Shown one piece after another: positions 47,454 through 56,927 of a DNA stretch of 58,895 nucleotides. The stretch spans positions 1-58,895 of the forward strand of contig JBHPIO010000008.1 of NCBI GenBank assembly GCA_042568575.1. The letters are read 5' to 3'. Within the stretch, counting starts at the first letter, position 1; each line of letters begins with the position of its first letter. Origin of the DNA: Patescibacteria group bacterium. GTDB taxonomy: Bacteria > Patescibacteriota > Gracilibacteria > UBA1369 > PNNO01. Position numbers and translations under genes: made by a program. Below the pieces are notes generated by a model. It saw only the letters and a program-made list of their open reading frames with translations. It had not been told where the DNA came from and made no database searches.

Positions 47454-47608
47454 GTAAAATGAGAACTATAAAAGATCTATTTCTGTTTATTTGGAAACGA
47501 AAAAAATGGTGGCTAGCACCATTACTTATATTATTACTTCTTCTTGGAGCGCTTATTGTATTCACAGAAGGTTCAGCTCTCGCCCCCTTCATCTACACCC
47601 TCTTCTAG
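47450..47608 (+). CDS. SxtK-like/DUF5989 small membrane protein (52 aa, absent from the ORF track)
   Basis: MSKMRTIKDLFLFIWKRKKWWLAPLLILLLLLGALIVFTEGSALAPFIYTLF; ATGA overlap with the SGNH gene. Confidence 0.9.
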   Translation: MSKMRTIKDLFLFIWKRKKWWLAPLLILLLLLGALIVFTEGSALAPFIYTLF

Positions 47609-48031
47609 TGCTAAAACAGGGTTTTCAAAACGCATATCCACAATTGAGAGATCATAGGTTTCGAGGTGAATAAGTTCTTTTATTAAATCCAGATAAGCCT
47701 CTTTTACTTTTTCGATTGAAGGATATTGTTCATTTCGCAGTTCATCAAATATTGTCACTATTTCTTCTATCGTCTCAAGTAAAGACCTAAATCTTTGGTC
47801 GTCTAATCTAGCAACTGCAAATCTATAATTACGCAGGGCATCATCAAAATCTAACACCACTTTAGACCATAAAATTTCCAAAACTTCGAACCTGCCTGGA
47901 GATTCTTCATGAATATATTTATCAATATATCTTGTAAGACCCTGCAAATTGATCTTTGCAGTCCCAACAAATTCTTTGAATGATATTGTGTCGCCCTCAC
48001 GCATTTCTTCATATTTCTCACTCATAATCAA
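47573..48031 (-). CDS. Hypothetical acidic helical protein
   Basis: 152-aa ORF overlapping the stop of the 48028 gene. Confidence 0.6.
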   Translation of the reverse strand: MIMSEKYEEMREGDTISFKEFVGTAKINLQGLTRYIDKYIHEESPGRFEVLEILWSKVVLDFDDALRNYRFAVARLDDQRFRSLLETIEEIVTIFDELRNEQYPSIEKVKEAYLDLIKELIHLETYDLSIVDMRFENPVLALEEGVDEGGES

Positions 48032-48378
48032 TTGGCAAAAGAATTTAATGCTTCAAGTAATTTCTCTCTAGAAGGATACCCTAGAGGCAAGCTTTCAATA
48101 AGCTCAACAATTGCGCTTACTTTAGGTAAAGCCTCTGTTGCTTCCAGTGTATCTATCGCCCTTAACTTTGTTTCTGCTCTACATGCCCTCAAATACATTA
48201 ATCCCAATTCTTCAGCGATATATCCTGTCAGAAAAAACCTTCCATCCCTTTCCTCAATAAATCTTTCTGCACTACCACCTCTAAGGAGTTTTTCTAGATT
48301 CTCAACAAATTTCAAAGAAGGCATATCTGGCTTTGTTCCGTGCTCACTATCTGATGCCCCATGTTCAACAGCATTCAT
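48028..48378 (-). CDS. Hypothetical protein
   Basis: 116-aa ATG ORF. Confidence 0.6.
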   Translation of the reverse strand: MNAVEHGASDSEHGTKPDMPSLKFVENLEKLLRGGSAERFIEERDGRFFLTGYIAEELGLMYLRACRAETKLRAIDTLEATEALPKVSAIVELIESLPLGYPSREKLLEALNSFAN

Positions 48379-48462
48379 AGTATTAGGTTAATTTATCATC
48401 GAATTATACCACGAAAAAGCCCTTTTGGGAAGACGCCTAGTTAAAAACTATCCAACATTTTC

Positions 48463-48831
48463 TCATGCAGCCTTTTCTGCCGCTATATCTTGATCACTAA
48501 TAATTCTTATATTTCTTGAGACAACTCTTCGCATTAAAACTATTGCATTTGGACTAAGGCGTTCATGTAGTCGCATCATATCATCATCACTATCAATAAT
48601 TTCACAACCCAAAACAGCTATTACTCTATTGCGAAATTGAGGATCCGCATACAGTCGATCTCTATTTGCTTCAAACCATTCGTTTTGAGCTGCAGCATTT
48701 CCAACTATTCTATCTTTCTCCCTTAGTGCAATATTATCTATGTTATTTGGGATCTCAGGTGCTAGCCAGCCATCTCTCTCCCTCTTTGGGACTAAACTTA
48801 ATCCTCGATCCGCTTTTCCTTGTACGACCAT
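48463..48831 (-). CDS. DUF5678-like protein
   Basis: WFEANRDRL...FRNRVIAVLGCEIIDSDDD pattern. Confidence 0.55.
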   Translation of the reverse strand: MVVQGKADRGLSLVPKRERDGWLAPEIPNNIDNIALREKDRIVGNAAAQNEWFEANRDRLYADPQFRNRVIAVLGCEIIDSDDDMMRLHERLSPNAIVLMRRVVSRNIRIISDQDIAAEKAA

Positions 48832-48859
48832 CGTAAAGTATTAAAGTTTTCAAGCGTGG

Positions 48860-48888
48860 AGTCTAATAAGTAATTAATTCAATGTCAA
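48860..48888 (-). promoter_or_regulatory. Sigma70-type promoter
   Basis: TTGACA-17-TAGACT on the minus strand. Confidence 0.6.
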
Positions 48889-48941
48889 GATTGAGATTTT
48901 TCAGATAAGTTTTATAATAAGACCATTAAGAACCATTTTGT

Positions 48942-50231
48942 ATGAATCAAGATGAAGCACGTCTCCCATTAAAAGAAATTTATTTCTCAAGCAAATTCCC
49001 TTTTACAGAAGGGCAGAAAAACATTTTTAAAGAAGTGATTGAATGGCAAACCCAGCCGCCTCTTGTTAAGACAGGGCGCAGCTCTTTTTTGCTTATTAAA
49101 GAAGAAACACTACCATTCAAAGGCATTAAAATTAAAGGTTGCGGGTATTTTGATATAGAAAAAAACATCGCTTCTCAACCATCGGATGAAGAAGGATACG
49201 ATGCCCACATCCAACGTGCACCTGATGGTGTGAAGGAAATTCATTATCAAATCGAAGTGGATGACAAAGATGAACTAGTTTACTCCGTCCCTGAAAAAAG
49301 ACCTTACGGAGCACAGCTTTCGAAAAAAGCAAAACTTGAATACGAAGTAAATAAATATTTGTTTGAAAAATGGGAAGGAAGCACAAAAGACTTTCCATTC
49401 TATTTCCCGCTTGGGTATGCGGAATATCAAGATCTCGCATATAATAATGAGCCACTTGGTGCAACTCTTCTGGGGATGCAAGGAGATGCTGAGATTCCAC
49501 TCGGACAATACTTTGAAGGCAAGCTCGAAGATGAAGGAATTAGAATTAATCCGCATCTATTAACTTATTGGCAAAATCACACTTCGGTTGTTGGAAGCAA
49601 TAATCCGGATTTCTTTGATCTAATTTCAACTCTCAAAAAACTGTGTTTTGAATTTGGGAGAAGTCTTTCAGATCTCCATGATCATTTTGTTGATTTTGAT
49701 AGCCATTTGTTTAATGCAACTGTGAATTTAGAAAATGGGAGAGTAATCCTATATGATTTAGACCATGTTTATGGGAAAAACAAGGTTTCAGATCAAGCTT
49801 ATTTTTACTATGCGTTAAAGGATTTCGAAGTTGCCCTGGTTGCAATATTGAGCAACTTTATGCTCAGTGGTCTTATTGAAGGAGCTGATTTGTTTTCGAA
49901 AATTGATCAACCTCTTAATGATTTCAATATTGTTGAAGGGTTTTACGAAGGATATTTCCACAAACTATCAGATGCGGCAAAAGAACATGCGAAATCAACG
50001 TGGGAACGCCTTATTACTTACGCCTCAAATCAACTCTTAAATTCACCTTTAGAAAAACGGTTTAATATGGTTTACGATTTCTGTGAAAAAGAACGAGAGG
50101 AATCGTTTATTAATGCTATGCCTTATTTATCAAAGAAATACTCATTTGAAATTGATAAGGAAAAACATAAAAAGATAATTTCAGCTTTTATTGATCAGAG
50201 AAAATCGCTTGAAAAAGCAAAAGAGAAGTAA
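48942..50231 (+). CDS. Protein-kinase-like (possibly SelO-related) protein
   Basis: GRS, IKIKGCG, PYG..AKLEY, DSHLFN catalytic-loop-like and YDLD Mg-binding-like motifs. Confidence 0.5.
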   Translation: MNQDEARLPLKEIYFSSKFPFTEGQKNIFKEVIEWQTQPPLVKTGRSSFLLIKEETLPFKGIKIKGCGYFDIEKNIASQPSDEEGYDAHIQRAPDGVKEIHYQIEVDDKDELVYSVPEKRPYGAQLSKKAKLEYEVNKYLFEKWEGSTKDFPFYFPLGYAEYQDLAYNNEPLGATLLGMQGDAEIPLGQYFEGKLEDEGIRINPHLLTYWQNHTSVVGSNNPDFFDLISTLKKLCFEFGRSLSDLHDHFVDFDSHLFNATVNLENGRVILYDLDHVYGKNKVSDQAYFYYALKDFEVALVAILSNFMLSGLIEGADLFSKIDQPLNDFNIVEGFYEGYFHKLSDAAKEHAKSTWERLITYASNQLLNSPLEKRFNMVYDFCEKEREESFINAMPYLSKKYSFEIDKEKHKKIISAFIDQRKSLEKAKEK

Positions 50232-50291
50232 CATATAGCTTATAATTACGTTTTTAGATGTTTGGATGGCAATATTTAATAACCCCTACCT

Positions 50292-51560
50292 ATGAAACAC
50301 ACGTTCATGCGAGGCATTGCTGTGTTTGCTTTAAGCTCGTTGCTTTTCGCGAACATTGCTAACGCAGTCGTAACAGAAGAACCTTCTGAGTACGTTGACA
50401 ATGAAGCCCTTGCGGTAGCACTTGAAGGTACCGAAAATGCAGAAGGCAAAGTAGATCTTTCTTGGACAGCTTTTGAAGGGTCAGATTTTCTTTATTACAA
50501 AGTTGTACATTCTCAAACTATTGAAACACCAAAATACCCTGACGATGGGTATATTCAAGCAATAAGTGATGTTTCGACTACTACTTATACGCATACTGAC
50601 GTTCCTGCTGGAACAAATTATTACAGCCTTTGTGTCGTAGTTTCAGGTAAAGAAAGAGGGTGTAGCACTGTGACTGTCGAAGCTGCAGGAACAGTTTCAG
50701 AAGAAACACCGAAAGAAGAACCTGTTAGCGATCCTTATACAGATGACGAAACTATCCAAATCACATTAACAGGACAACTAAACGATCTTGGTAAAGCTGA
50801 TCTGCAGTGGACAATGTATGAAGGCGGTGACCTTAAATGGTACAAAGTCGTACATTCTCAAACTAACGACGCTGCATACTATCCAGTAGACGGATATGTA
50901 GCTGTCCATAGTGATCCGGCTGAAAATACTTACACACACACAAGCGTTCCGGAAGGAACCAACTATTATCGAATTTGTGTAATTACAGACACAGACATGC
51001 GTGGTTGCAGCAATACAGTTACTTTAGAAAAAGGTTATGTAACAACCGATCTTTCTTTCAAAGATACTGAAACTCACTGGGCAAAACTTTACATTGAAGA
51101 CCTTGCTGACAAGGGAATCGTAGAAGGTTATGAAGATGGATCGTTCCTACCAGACGCCAAAGTTAAAAGAGCTGAAGCTATTAAAATGATTATGAATAAT
51201 CAGGAAAAAGAATGTGACGCATCACTATTCCCTGATTTAGATTCAGGTCATTGGTTCTGCGGAGTTGTAACAAAAGCATACTTCGTTGGGGCAGTAGAAG
51301 GAGACAACGGGAAACTTTACCCAGACAAAGAGATGTCTCGTGCTGAAGCAGTTAAAGTACTTCTGTCAGTACAAGGAATTACACCTCCTGAAGTAAATAC
51401 AGATCCTTTCACTGACGTTTCAAAAACTCAGTGGTATGCAGGATATGTATACAAGGCTTCTGTCCTTGGATACATCGAAGGAGAAGATGGAGCATTTGAT
51501 CCAGACAGGCCAATCTCACGCGCTGAACTTGCAAAAATAGTTTCACTTGCTTGGCAGTAA
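50292..51560 (+). CDS. Secreted protein with two FN3-like repeats and C-terminal SLH domains
   Basis: Signal peptide ending ANA; FKDTETHWA, GYEDGSFLPD...RAEAIKM, RAELAKIV SLH motifs. Confidence 0.88.
   Translation: MKHTFMRGIAVFALSSLLFANIANAVVTEEPSEYVDNEALAVALEGTENAEGKVDLSWTAFEGSDFLYYKVVHSQTIETPKYPDDGYIQAISDVSTTTYTHTDVPAGTNYYSLCVVVSGKERGCSTVTVEAAGTVSEETPKEEPVSDPYTDDETIQITLTGQLNDLGKADLQWTMYEGGDLKWYKVVHSQTNDAAYYPVDGYVAVHSDPAENTYTHTSVPEGTNYYRICVITDTDMRGCSNTVTLEKGYVTTDLSFKDTETHWAKLYIEDLADKGIVEGYEDGSFLPDAKVKRAEAIKMIMNNQEKECDASLFPDLDSGHWFCGVVTKAYFVGAVEGDNGKLYPDKEMSRAEAVKVLLSVQGITPPEVNTDPFTDVSKTQWYAGYVYKASVLGYIEGEDGAFDPDRPISRAELAKIVSLAWQ
50430..51030 (+). repeat. Tandem ~345-nt domain duplication inside the SLH protein
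   Basis: TACAAAGT(T/C)GTACATTCTCAAACTA at 50496 and 50841; YKVVHSQT...YP.DGY...TYTHT.VP.GTNYY..CV...RGCS occurs twice. Confidence 0.85.
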
Positions 51561-51577
51561 ACTTTAGTTAAATACGG

Positions 51578-51613
51578 AAGGTGTCGGTCTATCTAAAAGA
51601 CCGGCACTTTTTT
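51578..51613 (+). terminator. Intrinsic terminator after the SLH gene
   Basis: GTGTCGGTCT/AGACCGGCAC stem followed by T6. Confidence 0.85.
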
Positions 51614-51614
51614 A

Positions 51615-52253
51615 TTATTCAAAATATGGATCACTAAAGACTTCTGGAATTCCGTACAAATAATGCATGTAAATATACTTCGATCTAATATCTTCATCTT
51701 CCGAATTAACCTGACTAAACTTAAGCTGAATACTATTCAAATCGTTATCGACAACTGTAAACTGCGCATCCGGTGTTGAGTACATTATTCTAAAATCATT
51801 ATTATCAAATGTAACACTTACATTTTCCGAACCATTCTGTTTAATAGCAATTGCTTCGATTTTCATATTTTCCAACAGCTCAACTTCATCAATTAGTTTA
51901 TCTTTTTTCTCTCCCGGATCTAGCTGACCTATATCAGAACTGTATACATCAGCATACAAAGAAACGATTGTAGGATCTCCAAGTTTGAAATTCAATATAT
52001 ATCCATTAGCAAGAATCTCATCACCATCATTAGAGAAAAGCCCATCATTGTCATAGTCCGTATAATCCGGGTAGGCCTGACCCGAAAGTGCAAGATTTCG
52101 CGCCTGCTGAAGCAACCCAACAACTTCACTAGAAGAGTTATTAAAAGTTGTAAGATCTCGTGAGCCAAATTGCGTCCCAAGAACAAACGTAGCAATAGCC
52201 ACGATAATCGAGACAACAATAATAATTTCTACAAGTGAAAATCCTTTACGCAT
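51615..52253 (-). CDS. Type IV pilin-like (FimT/GspH-type) protein
   Basis: MRKG/FSLVEIIIVV prepilin cleavage and methylation motif; LQQARNLAL. Confidence 0.88.
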   Translation of the reverse strand: MRKGFSLVEIIIVVSIIVAIATFVLGTQFGSRDLTTFNNSSSEVVGLLQQARNLALSGQAYPDYTDYDNDGLFSNDGDEILANGYILNFKLGDPTIVSLYADVYSSDIGQLDPGEKKDKLIDEVELLENMKIEAIAIKQNGSENVSVTFDNNDFRIMYSTPDAQFTVVDNDLNSIQLKFSQVNSEDEDIRSKYIYMHYLYGIPEVFSDPYFE

Positions 52254-52265
52254 ATTTTATTTATA

Positions 52266-52928
52266 TCATTTTCCAAGAATCACTACAAACTCACCCTTAG
52301 GTTTGCGCTTTTCAAACTCATTTTTAACCTCGCTAATCGTTCCCCTCACAAACTCCTCGTGAAGTTTGGTTAGCTCTCTCGCTATTACCATTTTACGATC
52401 CCCACCCAATATTTCTTCCATTTGATTCAAAGTCTTTTGAATTCGATGCGGTGATTCATAAAAGACAATCGTTCTTTTTTCATCTTTGAATGATTCAAAA
52501 AGTGTTTGCCTCCCTTTCTTTGTAGGCAAAAAGCCAAGATAAACAAACTGATTCATTGGTAGTCCGCTTGCAACTAATGCTGTTAAGAAAGCGGTTGGCC
52601 CTGGGATAGGAACGATCTCGATTCCTTCTTTTAAGACTTCCTGAATTAGAGAATAAGCAGGATCTGAAATTCCAGGAGTTCCGGCATCAGAAATTAAGGC
52701 ACATGTTTTCCCCTCTTTTAAAAGACCAACAATTTTCTCAAGTTTCATTTGCCCACTATGAGCGTGATAACTTAGGAGTTGCTTTTGAATATCATATTTT
52801 TTAAGAAGAATCAGTGAATGACGCGTATCTTCTGCTGCAATAAAATCAACTTCTTTTAGAGTTTCCAGGGCACGCAGAGTAATATCTCCCAGATTTCCAA
52901 TTGGTGTTGCGACAATGTATAGCTTCAT
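52266..52928 (-). CDS. rsmI: 16S rRNA C1402 2'-O-methyltransferase
   Basis: LYIVATPIGNLGDIT.RA, AEDTRHS, SDAGTPGISDP, YESPHR, ARELTKLHEE. Confidence 0.97.
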   Translation of the reverse strand: MKLYIVATPIGNLGDITLRALETLKEVDFIAAEDTRHSLILLKKYDIQKQLLSYHAHSGQMKLEKIVGLLKEGKTCALISDAGTPGISDPAYSLIQEVLKEGIEIVPIPGPTAFLTALVASGLPMNQFVYLGFLPTKKGRQTLFESFKDEKRTIVFYESPHRIQKTLNQMEEILGGDRKMVIARELTKLHEEFVRGTISEVKNEFEKRKPKGEFVVILGK

Positions 52929-52934
52929 AACTTA

Positions 52935-53540
52935 TTATTTATATGCTTTTTTACTTTTGGTAATGTGTGGCGGCGCAAAATATAGCGGCTCGATTAAAGA
53001 TTTTTCTTCGTAGTCCTCTTTAAGATTGCTGATAAAAGAACCAAATGTCGGGAGCTCATTTTCATCAACCCACTCTGCACCCTTTTCCGTTAATGCTTCT
53101 ATTTGATTTTCTCTAAGATGGCCGGAAAGTTTTGCATTGGGCTCAATTGTTTCAAGGACATCATCAAAACTTTCAAGATTACCCCTAAAATGGACCCTAT
53201 TTAGACCTGCATACAGAACGAAATCGCCATCCAAGCGGTATTTCCAGTAATCTACCACTGGAATGCCTATAATTGGTATTTTAAGGCCATACGAGAGCGC
53301 ATTTACTGCCGCAATTGATACACGAAGGGCTGTAAATGGGCCTGGCCCCTGAATAACAACAAGTTTTTCAAGATCCTTCCATGTTTTCCCGTTTTCATTA
53401 AGCATTTTCTGGAGTTCTGGCAGAAGTGTCTCGGATTCGTTTTGTTCGGAAGCCCATGAATTTTCAGCAAGAATCAACTCGTTTTCAACAAGTGCGATCT
53501 GACTAATTGATGTTGCTGTATTAACGCCTAGAACAAGCAT
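52935..53540 (-). CDS. tsaB: tRNA threonylcarbamoyladenosine biosynthesis protein TsaB
   Basis: LGVNTAT, SETLLP, GPGPFTALRV, EPLY. Confidence 0.9.
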   Translation of the reverse strand: MLVLGVNTATSISQIALVENELILAENSWASEQNESETLLPELQKMLNENGKTWKDLEKLVVIQGPGPFTALRVSIAAVNALSYGLKIPIIGIPVVDYWKYRLDGDFVLYAGLNRVHFRGNLESFDDVLETIEPNAKLSGHLRENQIEALTEKGAEWVDENELPTFGSFISNLKEDYEEKSLIEPLYFAPPHITKSKKAYK

Positions 53541-53605
53541 AAAATTATGTTAAATGCGTTAAGGATTATACGACAGTTCGATGTAAAATGATATAATAGT
53601 TTTGT

Positions 53606-54013
53606 ATGAATATTGAATTCCCAATCGAATTAAAACCAGACACAGTTAAAAAGGCTCAGAACCTCGAAATAAATCCTGAAGATATTGATGAACAATTTGT
53701 TCGCGGCAGCGGAAAAGGCGGACAAAAAATCAATAAAACTTCAAGTGCTGTGCGTCTTAGACATATCCCAACCGGCATTGAAGTGAAATGCCAAAGACAT
53801 CGTGAACAAAACAGAAATCGCCTCTCGGCATACAAGCTTTTAATCAACAAAATTGAAGAAATCGTGAAAGGTGAGGAATCTGAGAAAGCTAAAAAGATTC
53901 ATAAAATTCGCAAACAAAAACAACGCAGATCCAAAAAAGCTAAGGAGAAACTTCTTGAACTCAAGAAGAAAAGAAGCGAGATTAAGGAAACAAGAAAAAA
54001 GGTTATTCGCTGA
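53606..54013 (+). CDS. Short GGQ peptidyl-tRNA hydrolase / ribosome rescue factor (ArfB/MTRFR-like)
   Basis: FVRGSGKGGQKINKTSSAVRLRHIPTG plus highly basic C-terminal tail. Confidence 0.88.
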   Translation: MNIEFPIELKPDTVKKAQNLEINPEDIDEQFVRGSGKGGQKINKTSSAVRLRHIPTGIEVKCQRHREQNRNRLSAYKLLINKIEEIVKGEESEKAKKIHKIRKQKQRRSKKAKEKLLELKKKRSEIKETRKKVIR

Positions 54014-56567
54014 ATTCAACAACTATTCCACGTCCAACATCGCTATTATTCATATACATTTCTGCAAGCATCTTTTTCATCTGATCCATCGCAACATATA
54101 ATCTTGGATTTATCGTCTGGTCGTCTAAAATATCAATTAAATAAATCATGTATTTCCAATGCCATTCATTTCCTACAACGTTGTATGGAAGGAAAGTGAA
54201 CTGAGGACTGTAATCTTCCTCATCCATATTTAACGCATTAAACATGATCTTTGATGCTTCAGCATAATTTATAAGATCGTGTGGACGTAAACTGTCTGTA
54301 TGAGGATATCCGTTCAAGATCCCGTAGTCATAAGCCGAATACATTACAATAGCTGCATGGTTCTCTTCAGAATCTGAATATATTTTCCTTGGGAAGTCAT
54401 CAAACGATTTACCGTTTAGAGGAATCCTGTCCGGTATTTCAAAACAATTAGCCATCAGCATTAGTTCGGTAAACTCATATCGTAATATGAAATTCCTTCC
54501 TTCGTATGGCTTATCTATTGTGATAACACGTCGAATCTCGTCATAGTCGAAACAGAATTCTTTTGGCATTTCTTCTTCAACGATCTCTTCAACAACCTCT
54601 TCTTCTTCAACAATTTCAGGTATATCCAGCTCTAGTTCAACCTCTGGAGTTGCTCCTTCATCGAATTCTGGTGCAACCTCATCAGCAGCAGAAGAGCGAC
54701 TTCCACCAGCGTTATTCTCACGAGGGCAAGGAACCGCCACATCTACGTTTGCGCTATCGTTTGAGTTATCAGTATCGTACTGATCAACATTAGTTATTGA
54801 AGCCGTATTTGCTTTAATTCTACAGTCGATAGCCGAAGCTGTAACTGTAAGTTCTGCTGTAGCAGCACTAGCCAAATCTCCAATATCCCAAATTTCTGTT
54901 CCTGAATCATAAGTTCCCTGTGTCGGTGTATCAGAAGCGTACTCGAGATCATCGTGCATATCATCAAGAAGCTCAATATTAGTTGCTGTATCTGGTCCGT
55001 TATTTGTAACTGTAATTGTATAAGTTATAATTTCTCCAATTTCTGGACTACTCCTATCTGCATCTTTTGTAACTTCAAGATCTACCATTTCCAAAGTACT
55101 GAACTCTGAAGTATTTCCTGTAGGATCAGTAGCATTCGATGTAATAAACGATTTTGCATAATCCCCTGCCACATCAACTGAAAAAGCTGCATCACCAAGA
55201 ACTCCATCTGTAGCTACGGTCTCGGTTGCAAGATATGTCTGACCTTCACCATAATCTGAGACATCAGCCTCATCATTTGCAAAGAATTCAATATCGAAAG
55301 TTGTACTTACTGTACTGTTTAAATTACCTGCAATAGTTGTAGTATCGGCACCTGAGTCGTATCTTACTGAATCAATAACTGGATAATTCTGAGTATTGTT
55401 AGAATTTCCGTCTCCATCTAAATTATCGTTTGCAGTAACACCATTGTTTCTAAGGTCGATTCCTAGAGAATCATTAGAGAATATTGAGTTTTGACGTATT
55501 TCGTTATCAACAGATGAACTACCATTCACAACAACACCGTTTGATCCATTAAATGCGATTATATTTCCAGCGTCTGCTGCTGTTCCACCTACCATATTTC
55601 CAACTGCAGTATTACTCATGTGAACACCATTTGAATCGTTTCCAAGATCAAGTTCTCCTGTGATATCAGTTCCAATATAGTTACCTTCAACAGTATTGCT
55701 GTCTGCACCTGTATTTCTAATTAACACACCATGTCCACCATTTCCTGAGATCAAATTCCCTTCGCCTGATCCGCTTCCACCAATCATATTACCCGGACAT
55801 TCGTTTACACGCACACCAGGACCTGAATTTCCAAGATCTACTGTTCCTGTGACATCTGTACCTATAAAGTTTCCGTGAACTTCATTTAAAGTAGCTCCAT
55901 TTGTGAATCGCACACCTTGTCCGCCGTTTGCAGAGATAATATTTCGCGCGCCCAGATCTGATCCACCAATAGTATTGCTGTTTTGACCGTTAACAAAAAC
56001 ACCATGCGATGCATTACCATCAGCCACGGTTCCGCTTGCATCAGTTCCAATGTAGTTACCTTCAATAATATTTGAGCCATTGTTTGCAATTCTAATCCCC
56101 GTATTCCCAAATCCGTTTATTACGAGTCCTCGCACCGTGCTATCTCCTCCGTTTACTCTAAGTCCATGACCGCCAACAGCACTACCATCAAGTTCGATTA
56201 AAAGAACTGCATTTGATTCGCCCGGTGCAGCTTTTGTGTTTTCACGAGCTCCTGATTGTGTATAACCATCAATAATTATCGGGTCTGAGATTGTTGGCAA
56301 TGCTGATAATAGTGAAATTGTCTGCACGCCGTCTCCTGGGATATCAAAATCAATCGTATCCAATCCGGCATCACCGTTAGCGTCATTAATTGCCTTCCTC
56401 AGAGATCCAGCGCCACTATTGTCGGTATTTGTTACCGTATAAGTTGCTCCAAGTCCGAAAGACGTCATGTAGATTGCAGCGAGACAAAGTACTAGTGCAG
56501 CTGCAAATAGTATTTTACTTTGCTGAAAAACCGTCGTTTCACGAATAGATGTTTTTGTTTTTTTCAT
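54003..56567 (-). CDS. Large surface protein: beta-helix repeats, DUF11 domain, acidic linker, SLH-like C-terminus
   Basis: TVTNTDNSGAGSLRKAI; repeated GN(Y/F)IGTD.TG; DLEVTK...ITYTITVTNNGP; GILNGYP...LRP..INYAEASKI. Confidence 0.85.
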   Translation of the reverse strand: MKKTKTSIRETTVFQQSKILFAAALVLCLAAIYMTSFGLGATYTVTNTDNSGAGSLRKAINDANGDAGLDTIDFDIPGDGVQTISLLSALPTISDPIIIDGYTQSGARENTKAAPGESNAVLLIELDGSAVGGHGLRVNGGDSTVRGLVINGFGNTGIRIANNGSNIIEGNYIGTDASGTVADGNASHGVFVNGQNSNTIGGSDLGARNIISANGGQGVRFTNGATLNEVHGNFIGTDVTGTVDLGNSGPGVRVNECPGNMIGGSGSGEGNLISGNGGHGVLIRNTGADSNTVEGNYIGTDITGELDLGNDSNGVHMSNTAVGNMVGGTAADAGNIIAFNGSNGVVVNGSSSVDNEIRQNSIFSNDSLGIDLRNNGVTANDNLDGDGNSNNTQNYPVIDSVRYDSGADTTTIAGNLNSTVSTTFDIEFFANDEADVSDYGEGQTYLATETVATDGVLGDAAFSVDVAGDYAKSFITSNATDPTGNTSEFSTLEMVDLEVTKDADRSSPEIGEIITYTITVTNNGPDTATNIELLDDMHDDLEYASDTPTQGTYDSGTEIWDIGDLASAATAELTVTASAIDCRIKANTASITNVDQYDTDNSNDSANVDVAVPCPRENNAGGSRSSAADEVAPEFDEGATPEVELELDIPEIVEEEEVVEEIVEEEMPKEFCFDYDEIRRVITIDKPYEGRNFILRYEFTELMLMANCFEIPDRIPLNGKSFDDFPRKIYSDSEENHAAIVMYSAYDYGILNGYPHTDSLRPHDLINYAEASKIMFNALNMDEEDYSPQFTFLPYNVVGNEWHWKYMIYLIDILDDQTINPRLYVAMDQMKKMLAEMYMNNSDVGRGIVVEFSE

Positions 56568-56625
56568 TTTTTGTTTTTTTTAGGATGTGTTTTGCTCCTA
56601 AATATATAGTTTTTCACATTATTTA

Positions 56626-56892
56626 TTATACCATCTTTTTGGCGCTGCGTCTAGCGACCAAACTCTCCTTATCTTCTTTTTTAAGGCGTTTTAATTGGTA
56701 TTCGCGTTTCATTGCTTCTGATTTTGTCTCAAATTCCTCAAAGTACACGATCTTTATTGGCCTACGCATACGAGTGTAGCGAGCGCCCTTACCTTCGTTA
56801 TGTTTGGTTTCACGCTCTTTTATGTTGGCTGTATAACCTGCATACAAACTATTGTCGTTGCAGCGAGCTAAATAAGCATAGTATTTTTGCAT
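56626..56892 (-). CDS. GIY-YIG nuclease (UPF0213/YazA-like)
   Basis: YAYLARC.DNSLYAGYT...HNEGKGARYT...AMKREYQLK. Confidence 0.92.
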   Translation of the reverse strand: MQKYYAYLARCNDNSLYAGYTANIKERETKHNEGKGARYTRMRRPIKIVYFEEFETKSEAMKREYQLKRLKKEDKESLVARRSAKKMV

Positions 56893-56927
56893 GCTTATAT
56901 TTTAACATACTGCGCCGTACTGGAAGT

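Noticed and set aside
44330-47608. Saxitoxin biosynthesis
   Set aside because: Core sxtA/sxtG/sxtB genes are absent; this module type occurs outside toxin clusters
56626-56892. GIY-YIG gene as a homing endonuclease or mobile element
   Set aside because: It is the short stand-alone UPF0213 type, with no intron or DNA-binding extension
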